NCBI GenBank assembly: GCA_016177405.1
Contig: JACOVG010000024.1
Location: 7,079-71,078 of the forward strand
DNA length: 64,000 nt
Reading direction: 5' to 3'
Source of the DNA: Candidatus Omnitrophota bacterium
Lineage (GTDB): Bacteria; Omnitrophota; Gorgyraeia; 1-14-0-20-64-10
Position 1 is the first letter of the stretch. Each line of letters opens with the position of its first letter. The position numbers and the translations under genes were made by a program. The notes beneath the pieces are model-generated. The model was not told the origin of the DNA, searched no databases, and was given only the letters and a program-made list of their open reading frames with translations. Shown piece by piece: positions 63,805 to 64,000 of this stretch.

Positions 63805-64000
63805 CCGGAAACCCCTGGCTTTTGGCCTGGTCGAAGATCAGCTTGGCGATGGCCTCGGCGGTGGGATTGGTTTTGAGGCGGACGATCGGCTCTTTCGAAG
63901 GCTCAAGGAGTTTGGCCGCGGGGTCGGCCTCGTGGAGGATCATCTTGTGATCGAGGGAATCGTCTATCCAGCCCTGAAGGGCCTTCTTGATGTCGTGGAA
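63725..64000 (-). CDS. queD: 6-carboxytetrahydropterin / 6-pyruvoyl-tetrahydropterin synthase family protein, 3' fragment (start outside window)
   Basis: The minus-strand translation ...LDHKMILHEADPAAKLL...SVRLWETPTSFATY is PTPS-like. It overlaps folB convergently. Confidence 0.7.
   Translation of the reverse strand, partial: FHDIKKALQGWIDDSLDHKMILHEADPAAKLLEPSKEPIVRLKTNPTAEAIAKLIFDQAKSQGFPVTSVRLWETPTSFATYQQEGSDPSCG

Noticed and set aside
1-64000. The window was checked for tRNA, rRNA, CRISPR arrays, integrase or transposase genes.
   Set aside because: No cloverleaf-compatible conserved tRNA boxes, rRNA-like segments, spaced direct-repeat arrays or recombinase catalytic motifs were recognised by eye. 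Absence is not proven without tRNAscan or Infernal.

Overview
This is a high-GC (~60-65%) bacterial chromosomal segment in which conserved housekeeping genes are interleaved with three accessory insertions. Two large accessory islands are present.

Core genes:
- plsC fragment, a CbiX-like chelatase, pepP, leuC/leuD, folA, thyA.
- A complete but rearranged complex I set: nuoA-B-C-D, a fused nuoEF, and nuoG-H-I on the + strand; nuoJ-K-L-M-N convergent on the - strand.
- rpoN, a split transketolase (N- and C-terminal subunits), an MBL-fold hydrolase, folB and a queD fragment.

Accessory content:
1. A 1579-aa secreted protein with no recognisable domains (2888-7627).
2. A 4.7-kb insertion between nuoI and nuoN carrying an aldo/keto reductase, an 889-aa secreted protein and an MntA/HepT toxin-antitoxin pair.
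3. A ~12-kb defence island (29.4-41.5 kb) containing:
   - two RHH proteins, Dcm and Vsr;
   - an uncharacterised GHKL-ATPase cassette bracketed by two paralogous small proteins;
   - a SMODS-type nucleotidyltransferase plus a 2TM effector (minimal CBASS-like);
   - an HNH endonuclease with modified-base-reader-like domains (type IV-like);
   - a PLD-family protein interrupted by an in-frame amber codon;
   - a wHTH-nucleotidyltransferase.
4. A ~19-kb gas-vesicle island (41.5-60.8 kb) bounded by 65-bp direct repeats that duplicate the tkt promoter and first codons. It carries:
   - a sigma54/NtrC-family regulatory module and rpoN;
   - a sigma54 promoter with an upstream palindromic enhancer;
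   - gvpA, a repetitive GvpC-like protein with a C-terminal wHTH, two gvpN, four gvpF/L (one fused to a J-domain), gvpG, a GvpJ-GvpK fusion, gvpO;
   - Hsp20, a CDC48-like AAA+ ATPase and a DnaJ-type zinc-finger protein.

Two families of short palindromic repeats (REP-like and GGGAGAGGG-hairpin type) are scattered in intergenic positions and occasionally inside coding regions. No rRNA, tRNA, CRISPR array, transposase or integrase was recognised.
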